From NCBI GenBank assembly GCA_023435895.1, contig JAEZLH010000021.1:13997-77996 (forward strand): 64,000 nt of DNA. Direction: 5' to 3'. Made by a program: the position numbers and the translations under genes. This DNA is from Bacillota bacterium (GTDB lineage Bacteria > Bacillota > Clostridia > Lachnospirales > Lachnospiraceae). The notes below the pieces were generated by a model. That model did not search any database. It had not been told where the DNA came from and saw only the letters and a program-made list of their open reading frames with translations. This document shows, piece after piece, positions 9,812 through 19,492 of this stretch. The number at the start of each line of letters is the position of its first letter. The first letter of the stretch is position 1.

Positions 9812-11287
9812 ATGGAACACAAGATTATAATATTGCCGGGCATTCCAGATGATGATAACAGAGAATATCTACCGGAAAAGTTAAAAGAAAGCGAAATAGT
9901 AGTAAATGAAAATGGGAATAATTCGCAAGTTTATCCCAAGAATCTAAAAGAAGTGAAAGCTCATCTTATCGATGAAGTGGAGGACACCTGGTATGAATAT
10001 GTGCCGGACAGCTATGATCCTTCAAAGAAGACACCATTGGTTTTTTCTATGCATGGGGGAATTATGACTGGCTGGGCACAGTGTGTATACACCTCCTGGT
10101 CCCATGTAGCAGATCGGGAAGGCTTTATTGTTGTATATCCAAATGCACATTTACGCAGATTTTGGCAGATTGAATGTGAAAGAAGACTGTTTGATATTCT
10201 TTCTGAACCCAATGACGAAGGGATATACATGCATGATTTTCCTAATGATCCAAACGAAAATAATGATGCAAGAATTGTATTTAAGTTAATTGAACGGATG
10301 AAAGACAAATACAATATAGATGACGAAAGAATTTACATGCAGGGAATGTCTCTTGGTAATGCAATGACATTATTAATTGCAAGACATTTTGGAAATCATT
10401 TTGCTGCCATGGCTGGTTCCGCAGGTCCTAGTACAATCGGTCATTTATTTGACGAGAAGGATAATCCCAAAAACAACGCAGGACCACTCACCACCTGGCA
10501 GGCGAGAATGGAGTTTGACCAATCGCCTCCGGGAACCATTGATGCAGTTGAAGATGTAGTTGTTAAGAATAGAGAATACTGGTTGAGGATAAATGAATGC
10601 GACCAGCTTCCTCAGATTAAAATAGATGGAGAAAATAACTTTGCATTCTACACCGGCAAAAAAGCAGATTATGTATTCCGTGATGTAAAAAACAGAGATC
10701 ATGGTCAGACCTTTGATGAGGCAGAACTGGTATGGGATTATTTGTTCTCCGGTTCAAAGAGAAAAGCGGATGGAACCATTGAATATGTGGAGTCAATTTC
10801 AAAAAGAGAAGGAGACAAGCTGTCTTTTGCCATCGCAGATGATTGTGAATACGCCTGGGTGAATAATAAAAGAATTAAAATGCCGGCAAAATCCCTAATG
10901 TGGAGAAAACTGAAGTATCACGGATTAAGAGGGGATGCAAAGATTCGCGGAGAGTACTGCATGCTTCCGGCTTCCTTTGTGGCAACCGTCATCAACGCTT
11001 CCTATTACGAAAAAGATGGTTGGGCAAAAATGGTACTCCAGGATGGCAGAATTATTCAGATTGCAAGAGGTTGTATCGGCTGTACGATAGATAATCGTGT
11101 TCGTGCTATGCTGTGTGAACCAATTGAACGCAACGGAATGCTATATATTGCAATGGAGTGGTTTCTAAAAGATATTCTTAATTGGCATGTATCCATATAT
11201 AACGATATACTGTATGCAACGGATCATTATTCCTTATTATCCGTTAATATGGCAAGACTGATTAAAGACTTATTAACAACAAAATAA
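9812..11287 (+). CDS. PHB-depolymerase/LpqC-like esterase with a C-terminal copper-amine-oxidase N-terminal-like domain
   Basis: YVPDSYDPSKKTPLVFSMHG, ADREGFIVVYP, IDDERIYMQGMSLG; C-terminal PIERNGMLYIAMEW. Confidence 0.75.
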   Translation: MEHKIIILPGIPDDDNREYLPEKLKESEIVVNENGNNSQVYPKNLKEVKAHLIDEVEDTWYEYVPDSYDPSKKTPLVFSMHGGIMTGWAQCVYTSWSHVADREGFIVVYPNAHLRRFWQIECERRLFDILSEPNDEGIYMHDFPNDPNENNDARIVFKLIERMKDKYNIDDERIYMQGMSLGNAMTLLIARHFGNHFAAMAGSAGPSTIGHLFDEKDNPKNNAGPLTTWQARMEFDQSPPGTIDAVEDVVVKNREYWLRINECDQLPQIKIDGENNFAFYTGKKADYVFRDVKNRDHGQTFDEAELVWDYLFSGSKRKADGTIEYVESISKREGDKLSFAIADDCEYAWVNNKRIKMPAKSLMWRKLKYHGLRGDAKIRGEYCMLPASFVATVINASYYEKDGWAKMVLQDGRIIQIARGCIGCTIDNRVRAMLCEPIERNGMLYIAMEWFLKDILNWHVSIYNDILYATDHYSLLSVNMARLIKDLLTTK

Positions 11288-11379
11288 GAAGGAATTCGTA
11301 TCTGTAGTACTTGCAATATCTACAATAGTATAATTCTGTGATTTATGATTTAAAGTTACTCAGTGAAGGGAGGAAACGT

Positions 11380-12261
11380 ATGAGCTTACAGGTAAATGAC
11401 AGAATGCTTTGGCCAAAAGGCAAACGGAAAGCCTTTACATTAAGCTATGATGACGGTATTACTCAGGACAGGAAATTAATCCAGTTGTTAAACCAGTATG
11501 GAGTAAAGGCAACCTTTAATCTGAATTCAGGGTTGTTTGGTCAAGAGGGGTTAGTAGCTGCCGGAAAGAAAGAAGTATCTCATATTAAATTAACCGAAGA
11601 AGAGGTTGCCACCGTTTATAAGGGGCATGAAATGGCAGCCCACGGACAATATCATGAATGTATGGTTGGCATGGATATTGCCAGATGTGTTGATGAAATT
11701 CTGGAAAGCAGAAAGGCTCTGGAAAAAATGGAGGGTAAGCCGGTAACAGGCTTTGCCTATGCCTTTGGGGCTTATGATGAAGTCGTAATTAAGGCACTTG
11801 AGGCTTGTGGAATATCCTATGCCAGAACGGTGGATGCGACACATAAGTTTGATATCCCCAGAAATTTTCTGACTTGGCATCCAACCTGTCATCACGATGA
11901 TGAAAGAATATTTGAATTGGCAGAGGAGTTTTTGGGAGATGGCTTCTACTTTTCACTAATCACACCTGCAAAATTGTTTTATGTATGGGGTCATAGCTAT
12001 GAATTCGATCAATGTGAAAATTGGGATCATATGGAACAATTGCTTCGTAAGATTGCAGGAAATGATAAGGTATGGTATGCAACAAATGGTGAGATTCGAG
12101 AATATGTAGAAGCTTATCGCAGATTGATTTATTCTGTGGACGGTAAAAGTGTATACAACCCTTCATCTATACCGGTATATTTGGGAGGGACTTTTACAAA
12201 AGATTATATGGAAGTGCTTCCCGGTCAGTCAGCCGAATTGTTAAAACCGATCAATATGTAA
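11380..12261 (+). CDS. Polysaccharide deacetylase (CE4/NodB-like)
   Basis: TLSYDDG, KATFNLNSG, HEMAAHGQYH, FAYAFG; ATG 11380 after GGGAGG. Confidence 0.85.
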   Translation: MSLQVNDRMLWPKGKRKAFTLSYDDGITQDRKLIQLLNQYGVKATFNLNSGLFGQEGLVAAGKKEVSHIKLTEEEVATVYKGHEMAAHGQYHECMVGMDIARCVDEILESRKALEKMEGKPVTGFAYAFGAYDEVVIKALEACGISYARTVDATHKFDIPRNFLTWHPTCHHDDERIFELAEEFLGDGFYFSLITPAKLFYVWGHSYEFDQCENWDHMEQLLRKIAGNDKVWYATNGEIREYVEAYRRLIYSVDGKSVYNPSSIPVYLGGTFTKDYMEVLPGQSAELLKPINM

Positions 12262-12484
12262 TCGCCTTTGGGGTATCAGAAGTTATTAAGAAGGTAAAGC
12301 AATGAATGTTAGTGAAGTAATAGGCTCATATTCGTTAGGAACCTGATTTCTTGCTTATGATACCCTGATTAATATCACATTGAATATATTGAGTTAACGG
12401 GCAACAGGCTACTAAGAAGTTGTACTTAAAGCCCTATTTATATACTGGAATTAATATTTATCAATATTTGCATGCGGAGGATTT

Positions 12485-13435
12485 ATGAATAATATCGTAG
12501 AGATAATTAAGAATACAAACAGCTGGAATATACCAGAAATCGGACAGGATATTCCTCATGGAGATATGCCCGGAGATAAGGTGGAAATCGGGCAGGATCA
12601 TATCAATAAATCTAAGCTTATATTCGGTGAGCTTTTGAAAATGCTTCCGGGAGTACTGGAAGGTAGTGAGAACAATCGAGCAGTAATTACGGTTTGTGGG
12701 GGATCTGGAGTAGGGAAGTCCGAGATAGCTTCCTTGTTATCTTTTTATTTAAATCAGCTTGGCATCGGTAGTTATACGCTTTCCGGAGATAATTACCCAA
12801 GACGTATTCCAAAGTATAATGATGCGGAAAGGTTGAGAATATTTAGACTGTCAGGGGTACAGGCGTTGGTTAAAGAAGAATGGATGAATGAGGAGATCTT
12901 TGGAGTACTTCGTGAACTTCAAGAAAAAGATGACGACGGGAATAAGGCTTACCTGCAACAATATCCTTGGTTTCAGAGCTATTTAGATGGAGCATTAAAG
13001 GGTTTGAAAGAATATCTAGGAACAAAGAATGAAATAGATTTCGATGAATTATCAACTATTGTTAAGCAGTTTAAAGAGGGTGCTGATGCAATCTGGTTGA
13101 AGCGAATGGGTAGAACGGAAAGTGACCTTTGGTATGAAAAGGTTGATTTTAGTTCAATTCATGTTTTGGTGATTGAATGGACACATGGTAATAGTAATAA
13201 CTATGAAGGGGTTGATATTCCGGTACTTCTAAATAGCACACCAGAGGAGACTCTGGCACATAGAAGGAGCAGAAACAGGGATGGTAAGACGGATAGTCCC
13301 TTTACTATGCGAGTATTGGAAATCGAACAGCAGATGCTTGATTCCCAGGCACACAAGGCAAAAATTATTGTCTCAAAGCTAGGGGAACTTATTACCTTTG
13401 AAGAGTACAAATCACTCATGGCTGTAAGCAAATGA
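12485..13435 (+). CDS. P-loop kinase (uridine/adenylylsulfate kinase-like fold), candidate sucrose kinase
   Basis: Walker A GGSGVGKS, LSGDNYP, VLVIEWTHG; 17 bp upstream of the GH13_18 gene. Confidence 0.7.
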   Translation: MNNIVEIIKNTNSWNIPEIGQDIPHGDMPGDKVEIGQDHINKSKLIFGELLKMLPGVLEGSENNRAVITVCGGSGVGKSEIASLLSFYLNQLGIGSYTLSGDNYPRRIPKYNDAERLRIFRLSGVQALVKEEWMNEEIFGVLRELQEKDDDGNKAYLQQYPWFQSYLDGALKGLKEYLGTKNEIDFDELSTIVKQFKEGADAIWLKRMGRTESDLWYEKVDFSSIHVLVIEWTHGNSNNYEGVDIPVLLNSTPEETLAHRRSRNRDGKTDSPFTMRVLEIEQQMLDSQAHKAKIIVSKLGELITFEEYKSLMAVSK

Positions 13436-13452
13436 GGGTAGGAGGTCATAAA

Positions 13453-15144
13453 ATGAAGAAAATAAGCGTAAACAATGCTCCTATGTTAAATGCATATCCG
13501 GACAGCATGGGCAAAACATTGAGAGATATCATCCAAACACTAGGAAAAGCTGAATTTGAACATTGTTTTGGTTCCTTTTATATCCTGCCCAGTTTGTTCC
13601 ATACCGATTTAGACAGGGGCTTTTCCGTCATCAGCTATGATTTAAATAATCAGCTGGCGAAAATAGAAGATCTAAAGGCACTTGAAAAACTGGGAATGGA
13701 TTTGAAATTAGACTTTATTCTTAACCATGCTTCTGTACTTTCGGAGCAGTTTCAAGATATTATAGCAAAGGGTGAAGACTCAAAATATAAGGATTTCTTT
13801 ATTAACTGGAATAAGTTTTGGGATGGTCATGGAGAGATGACAAAAGAAGGATATATTCAGCCGAAGGAAGAGCTGATTAAGAATATGTTCTTTCGAAAAC
13901 CGGGTCTTCCCATTCTAATGGTACGGTTTCCGGATGGTAAAAATGTCCCTTACTGGAATACCTTTTATCAGGAAGTTAAGTACCCTGTAATTGATGCACA
14001 GGATATTATGAATCTGGTGAAGGTTCAATATCATTTGGCGGATGAACTGGCATCTCTCGTAAATACTGCAATCAGTCAAGGCAAAAAGCCTTATGAATTA
14101 GACTTTGTAAAATACGAGTTATACAAAGCACCAATTGTGGAATATTTGGAGTCAAATCGAAAGTATTTGGGTCAGATGGACTTGAACATCAAATCACCTA
14201 TGGTTTGGGAGTTTTATGACAGGGTATTAAAACAATTATCGGAATATGGTGCAAAAATCGTTCGATTGGATGCCTTTGCATATGCACCTAAGGAACCTGG
14301 TGAGAAGAATTTCTTGAATGAACCGGGAACCTGGGAGGTTTTAAACAAAGTTCAGGAGTTGGCGGATCAGTATGAACTATCCCTTCTGCCAGAGATTCAT
14401 GCCAGCTATGGGGAAAAGAACTATGAAGTCATTGCCTCCAAAGGGTACATGACCTACGATTTCTTTATGCCCGGACTTATTATAGATGCCTTAGAGAATG
14501 CAGATGGTTCATCACTGAAGAACTGGGCGGATGAAGTGATTGAAAAAGGAATTAAAACTGTGAATATGCTGGGCTGCCACGACGGAATTCCTCTTTTGGA
14601 TTTAAAGGGGTTAATTCCAGAGGAGCGTATACAGCGGCTTATTGACACAGTTGTTACTAGGGGTGGAATGGTAAAGGATCTTCACGGACAGAAGAATGTT
14701 TATTATCAGGTGAATTCCACTTACTATAGTGCACTTGGTGAAGAGGATGGAAAACTTCTTATGGCTCGAGCATTACAGCTTTTTATGCCGGGTAAACCAC
14801 AGATTTGGTATCTTGATTTATTTGCTGGAAAAAATGATTATGAAGCGGTCAAGAATGCAGGAGCTGCCGGTCATAAGGAAATCAATCGAACCAATCTTAC
14901 CATGGAACAGTTGGAAGAGGCACTTAAAAAGGATGTTGTTATAAAACAGTTAGAGATGCTTCGCTTCAGAACTTTATTCCCGGGCTTTTCCTTCGATTCA
15001 GTGATTAAGGTGGAAGTCAAGGATGAACTTATGACTTTTACTTGGGAAAAAGATGGTTATATAGCCACACTTAACGCTGATTTGAAGAATATGAAATATG
15101 AAATAAGAGGAAACAGTCCTGAGGGAGAAATTCTGATAAGGTAA
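13453..15144 (+). CDS. GH13_18 phosphorylase, probable sucrose 6F-phosphate phosphorylase
   Basis: NAYPDSMG, DLDRGFS, RLDAFAY, LPEIH, CHDGIP; acceptor loop KNVYYQ (KxxYYQ). Confidence 0.8.
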   Translation: MKKISVNNAPMLNAYPDSMGKTLRDIIQTLGKAEFEHCFGSFYILPSLFHTDLDRGFSVISYDLNNQLAKIEDLKALEKLGMDLKLDFILNHASVLSEQFQDIIAKGEDSKYKDFFINWNKFWDGHGEMTKEGYIQPKEELIKNMFFRKPGLPILMVRFPDGKNVPYWNTFYQEVKYPVIDAQDIMNLVKVQYHLADELASLVNTAISQGKKPYELDFVKYELYKAPIVEYLESNRKYLGQMDLNIKSPMVWEFYDRVLKQLSEYGAKIVRLDAFAYAPKEPGEKNFLNEPGTWEVLNKVQELADQYELSLLPEIHASYGEKNYEVIASKGYMTYDFFMPGLIIDALENADGSSLKNWADEVIEKGIKTVNMLGCHDGIPLLDLKGLIPEERIQRLIDTVVTRGGMVKDLHGQKNVYYQVNSTYYSALGEEDGKLLMARALQLFMPGKPQIWYLDLFAGKNDYEAVKNAGAAGHKEINRTNLTMEQLEEALKKDVVIKQLEMLRFRTLFPGFSFDSVIKVEVKDELMTFTWEKDGYIATLNADLKNMKYEIRGNSPEGEILIR

Positions 15145-15274
15145 TTAGATTGTCTTGTGCATTATCATCAAAGCGGGTGTCTCTTGGTTTTGTACATATG
15201 TTGCAATAGCAGTGTATCACAATTACCTGATTTTAATAATGTAGTTGATGAGTAAGAGCAGGAAGGAATTGTTA

Positions 15275-16150
15275 ATGGAAAAATATAAATATCATGATGT
15301 AAATCAACGTGGAACAATAAAATCCATTTATTATCATACCACGAATCAGCAGGGTGAGATAAGAGAGAAATACGCAAACGTTTATTTGCCCTATGGTTAC
15401 GAGGGTAAGAATAACGAGAAAAAGTATAATGTCCTTTATGTTATGCATGGGGGAGGGGGCAACCCGGATGCATGGCCAGATTGCTGTAAGGTAAAAAATA
15501 TGTTGGATTATATGATTGATGAGAAACAGGCAGAACCCCTCATAGTTGTATTCCCGTCCTACTATAAAGAAAAAGTAGGAAGAGTAGGACCTCCGGTAAA
15601 AGAGATTGAAAGAGAACATGTGCTTTTCTTCCAGAAGGAGCTAATCGAAGATTTATTGCCTGCAGTGGAAAAAGAATACAATACCTATGCAGAAAATACA
15701 ACAAAGGAAGCACTTCAGGCTTCCAGAATGCATCGGGGCTTTAGTGGTTTTTCCATGGGTGCAGCAACAACCTGGTTTGCATTTACTAACAATATGGATT
15801 ACTTCTCCTACTATGCGCCCTTCAGCGGAGATTGTTGGGAGATAGAAGGGCAAGGAGGGCTGCATAAGCCAGAGGAGACAGCGAACGTATTACATAACCA
15901 TGTGGCAGCTTCCGGTTACGGGGTGGAGGAGTATTTTATTTACACAGCCACAGGAACGGGAGATGTTGCATATGATGCCCTAACAACTCAAGTAAACGAA
16001 ATGCGAAAATTCCCCGAGACGTTCGTGGAGGACGAGGAGCTTTCAAAAGGGAATTTTCATTATCTTCTTGCAGAAGGTGAAGTCCATGAATATGAAGCGG
16101 CTCTTCATTACCTGTATAACATATTGCCTTATTTGTTTCAAAAAAGGTAA
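15275..16150 (+). CDS. CE1-like esterase (feruloyl/acetyl esterase-like)
   Basis: VYLPYGY, YNVLYVMHGGGG, SGFSMG, PFSGDCW; no signal peptide. Confidence 0.8.
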   Translation: MEKYKYHDVNQRGTIKSIYYHTTNQQGEIREKYANVYLPYGYEGKNNEKKYNVLYVMHGGGGNPDAWPDCCKVKNMLDYMIDEKQAEPLIVVFPSYYKEKVGRVGPPVKEIEREHVLFFQKELIEDLLPAVEKEYNTYAENTTKEALQASRMHRGFSGFSMGAATTWFAFTNNMDYFSYYAPFSGDCWEIEGQGGLHKPEETANVLHNHVAASGYGVEEYFIYTATGTGDVAYDALTTQVNEMRKFPETFVEDEELSKGNFHYLLAEGEVHEYEAALHYLYNILPYLFQKR

Positions 16151-16267
16151 TAAGGTTATGTTCTTATGTGCTTTAATGAATAAAACCTCAACAGTTTCAT
16201 AGCATTATAATCTGGTTTATACTCGATTCACATTGATTCGCTGAACCTATTCAATACTAGATGATAT

Positions 16268-16309
16268 AAGTGCCTAAACGCTTTGAATACAAGAGCTTAG
16301 GCACTTTTT
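16268..16309 (+). terminator. Putative intrinsic terminator
   Basis: AAGTGCCTAA...TTAGGCACTT followed by a T-run; long loop. Confidence 0.5.
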
Positions 16310-16345
16310 GATTTGTCAAACACTCACCTCATTCTAAATACTTTA

Positions 16346-16631
16346 CCCTTCGGTTGGTCTTGCATAGGAGCACATTTTTTACAATTGGGGTAAATTGCTC
16401 ATCAAACCAACGGGCTAACTCCACATCCTAAGGAATAGGCGGATGGGATAATGCCGGGATCTCTTCAATCAAACCCTCAGGAAGATAACCACGCCCCCGT
16501 TCTTGGTGATAGGAAAGTCCCTGTGCTAGTGCGCCGCGATAAAAATCATCTAAATCCACATCAGCAGAAGAATTTCTTTCACTGGGTAGAATATCTCCGA
16601 GACCCTTTCTATCTTCCTCTAGTTTATACAT
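16346..16631 (-). pseudogene. Internal fragment of a DUF2201-type metallopeptidase/VWA-like gene
   Basis: DLDDFYRGALAQGLSYHQERGRGYLPEGLIEEI...PPIP*DVELARWFDEQF (TAG where Trp is expected), then frameshifted SYARP. Confidence 0.6.
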
Positions 16632-16644
16632 CCAGCAAATTTTC

Positions 16645-16672
16645 TTGATTAATTAGTAAATAATGGTATAAT
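16645..16672 (+). promoter_or_regulatory. Sigma-A-type promoter
   Basis: TTGATT-16 bp-TATAAT with extended -10 TG. Confidence 0.55.
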
Positions 16673-16755
16673 TTAATTGATATTGGAATTTGAGAGTAGT
16701 ATACGCTGTTCCATGATAGTTATTTAATTATACTTTATGCATAGGAGGATTTGCT

Positions 16756-18171
16756 ATGAAACGTATTTCAGCATTATTTCTGGTTAGCCTGTTCGTATTG
16801 TCTACACTATTAACAGGTTGTGGTGAAAAAAATGACAACCCAAGTAGCCCAAGTATTACTCCGACAAAATCTGCAGACAAAGATATTAAAAATGAACCAA
16901 CAATAACAAAGGTTCCTGACGATCATGTAATCAATGTATATTGTCCAACTGAAGATGTGGCTAAGATGATTCTTAAATATAAGGAACTTCATCCTGATTT
17001 TGATTATGATGTTAAGGAGTTTACGTTTGCTACAGCAGATATTTCATTTACAACAGCTCTGGATGAGAGTCTTGCTGCAGGGGGAGAAAATACACCGGAT
17101 ATTTATTGTGCAGATAGCATAAATGTTATGAAATATACCCAAGGTGATGTGGCAGAGTATGCAACTCCTTATAAAGATCTAGGAATTGATGTTGATAATC
17201 TTGTAAAGGAAGCTGATATCGCTCCCTATATTATTGATAAGGGAACAAGTAAAGATGGTAAACTTCTCTCGCTCGGTTATGAGGGAGATGGTGGCGCCTT
17301 TATTTACAGACGTTCTATCGCAAAGAAAGTTTGGGGAACGGGAGATCCCGAAGCAATTAAAGATAAAATTGGATCGGGCTGGGATAAATTTTTTAAAGCA
17401 GCAGCTGATTTAAAGGCAAAGGGCTATGGTATTGTATCCGGTGACGGCGACATCTGGCTCTCAATAGCAAATAGCGCTGATACACCATGGGTTGTTGATG
17501 GCAAGCTCAATATTGATCCAAAACGTGAGGCATTTTTTGATTATGCAAAACAACTAAAAGATAAGGGGTATAGCAATAATACCCAAGATTGGACAGATCC
17601 TTGGTACGATGATATGAAAGGTGCTGGCAAGAAGAAAATTTTTGGCTTCTTTGGTCCGCAGTGGTTGATAAGTTACACCTTGATGGATCATTCTGGCGGT
17701 GACAAGGTTGGTAAAGGAACGTATGGTGATTGGGCTGTATGTGAACCACCGGTTGGATTTGCGCAGGGTGGTAATTGGGTATTTGTTAATAAGAATTCAA
17801 ACAATAAAGATGTTTTGGGCGATGTTGTTAAATGGATGACACTTGATAGCTCCCAAACAGGTCTTCAGTATTTTCTCGCTAATGGGATGCTGGATTTTAG
17901 CAATGGGGTAAAAACTACCGTAGCCTCCGGCACAGTTATGAAAAACACAGAGAATAAACTTGATTTTCTTGGTGGACAGAATATGTTCGAAGTATATGAC
18001 AAAGCTGCAAAGCTGGCAAACGGCAAAGTATCAACAGAGTTTGATGAAGGAATCAACTTCTATTGGCGTGAGCAGGTACGTGAATTTACCTCCGGTAAAA
18101 AAATAAAAGAGCAAGCGATGGAAGATTTTAAAAAGAATGTGAAAGAGAACCTTAAGATTGAAGTGGAATAA
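16756..18171 (+). CDS. Orphan carbohydrate-type ABC substrate-binding lipoprotein
   Basis: Lipobox LTGC, Ser/Pro/Thr linker, FIYRRSIAK, GDWAVCEPP. Confidence 0.85.
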   Translation: MKRISALFLVSLFVLSTLLTGCGEKNDNPSSPSITPTKSADKDIKNEPTITKVPDDHVINVYCPTEDVAKMILKYKELHPDFDYDVKEFTFATADISFTTALDESLAAGGENTPDIYCADSINVMKYTQGDVAEYATPYKDLGIDVDNLVKEADIAPYIIDKGTSKDGKLLSLGYEGDGGAFIYRRSIAKKVWGTGDPEAIKDKIGSGWDKFFKAAADLKAKGYGIVSGDGDIWLSIANSADTPWVVDGKLNIDPKREAFFDYAKQLKDKGYSNNTQDWTDPWYDDMKGAGKKKIFGFFGPQWLISYTLMDHSGGDKVGKGTYGDWAVCEPPVGFAQGGNWVFVNKNSNNKDVLGDVVKWMTLDSSQTGLQYFLANGMLDFSNGVKTTVASGTVMKNTENKLDFLGGQNMFEVYDKAAKLANGKVSTEFDEGINFYWREQVREFTSGKKIKEQAMEDFKKNVKENLKIEVE

Positions 18172-18173
18172 GA

Positions 18174-19469
18174 TTAAGTCTTTCTGACTGCAAAGCAGAT
18201 TACAAAGATTGCACCACCACTTTGTGAGTCACGAACCAAAATTTTACCCCCTTGAAGGTTGACTAATTCTTTCGCTATACTTAAACCAAGACCAAAATGC
18301 AATTTATCATTTCGAGATTGGTCTACCCGGAAGAAACGTTCAAAGACCAACTTTTTATATTTATCAGAGATACCTCTACCTTGATCTTCCACTTCAAGGT
18401 AGAGGTTTTTATTCGAAACATAACTGCGTAAAATAACTGTTTTATGGATAGGAGTATAGGATAATGCATTATCTAACAAGATAGTGATAATCTGGTACAA
18501 GCGATCCCGGTCCCCGTAGATGATAGGTAACTCTTCCTCTGGGATATTCAGAAGAAGGGTAATTTCTTTTTGTTGAAATAAAGGCAAAAAAGATTCATAA
18601 GTTTCCACTAATAGAGTATCGGTTTCTACCGGTTCTTTTTTTATTAACCAGGATTTTGCATCAACGGATGCTAGAAATAACATGTCATCCACTAAACGTG
18701 TCATACGTTTGCATTCATTGTCAATTCCCGCAAGGAATTTTTGCGATTGTGGAGTGGCATCTGAAATAGCTGCTTGATTCGCTCTGATTACGGATAATGG
18801 GGAACGCAGCTCATGAGAAGCTGCCGCGATAAAGCGGGTTTGCCTATTGTTATTTTCTTCCAAGGGCTTTAGTATCCAGGATACAAAGCATAAACTAATC
18901 ATAAATAAAGCTAAAAACCCAGCAAGCCCCAATAAGGAAAACATAATTCGCTGTTTTTGGACAGCAGAATAATAATCCGGAAGGTACTGAAGTAATAAGA
19001 AACTTCTCCAGCCGGAAGTAGTCGGTATTAATACAATACAACCATAATAGAATTCTTGATGCCCCCCTTTTATCGTAAAGATACTGCTTTTACTTAAGGT
19101 AGGTAGAATGGAATTCTTCTTTATATTTAGTCCTTCCTCAGAAGCAAGGTAAGACAAGCGAGCGATCAACTGAGTGCGATCCGTCGGTGTTTTTAAAACA
19201 CCCGGAAAATTAAGAGGGTTGCCATTGTCCTCGATATGTATTATTAGGTTATTCTTTGCTTCTAATTGAGAAAGCCAGACATCACTAATCACATTATCAA
19301 ATTGAAGCTTATTGATGATAGAGTTCATATGACTTTGAAACGTTTCTATTCTTTTATCTTTTAATTCTTTTTCGGTGAAGATTAAAAGAATTAATATTAC
19401 AATAATCAAGATGAACCCAGTGGATAGGGTATAGAGTAGAACCAATTTTTTTCTTAGAGATTTAATCAT
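18174..19469 (-). CDS. Sensor histidine kinase (module 1)
   Basis: Two TM segments, H-box SHELRSPL, ILLDNA, DQGRG, FERFFR, GLGL; start MIKSL after AGGAGG. Confidence 0.92.
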   Translation of the reverse strand: MIKSLRKKLVLLYTLSTGFILIIVILILLIFTEKELKDKRIETFQSHMNSIINKLQFDNVISDVWLSQLEAKNNLIIHIEDNGNPLNFPGVLKTPTDRTQLIARLSYLASEEGLNIKKNSILPTLSKSSIFTIKGGHQEFYYGCIVLIPTTSGWRSFLLLQYLPDYYSAVQKQRIMFSLLGLAGFLALFMISLCFVSWILKPLEENNNRQTRFIAAASHELRSPLSVIRANQAAISDATPQSQKFLAGIDNECKRMTRLVDDMLFLASVDAKSWLIKKEPVETDTLLVETYESFLPLFQQKEITLLLNIPEEELPIIYGDRDRLYQIITILLDNALSYTPIHKTVILRSYVSNKNLYLEVEDQGRGISDKYKKLVFERFFRVDQSRNDKLHFGLGLSIAKELVNLQGGKILVRDSQSGGAIFVICFAVRKT

Positions 19470-19492
19470 TGCTTTCCTCCTGGAAATGGGTT

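Noticed and set aside
12271..12365. Long-range inverted repeat GGGTATCA/TGATACCC as a riboswitch
   Set aside because: No recognisable aptamer motif; could be a simple mRNA stability stem.
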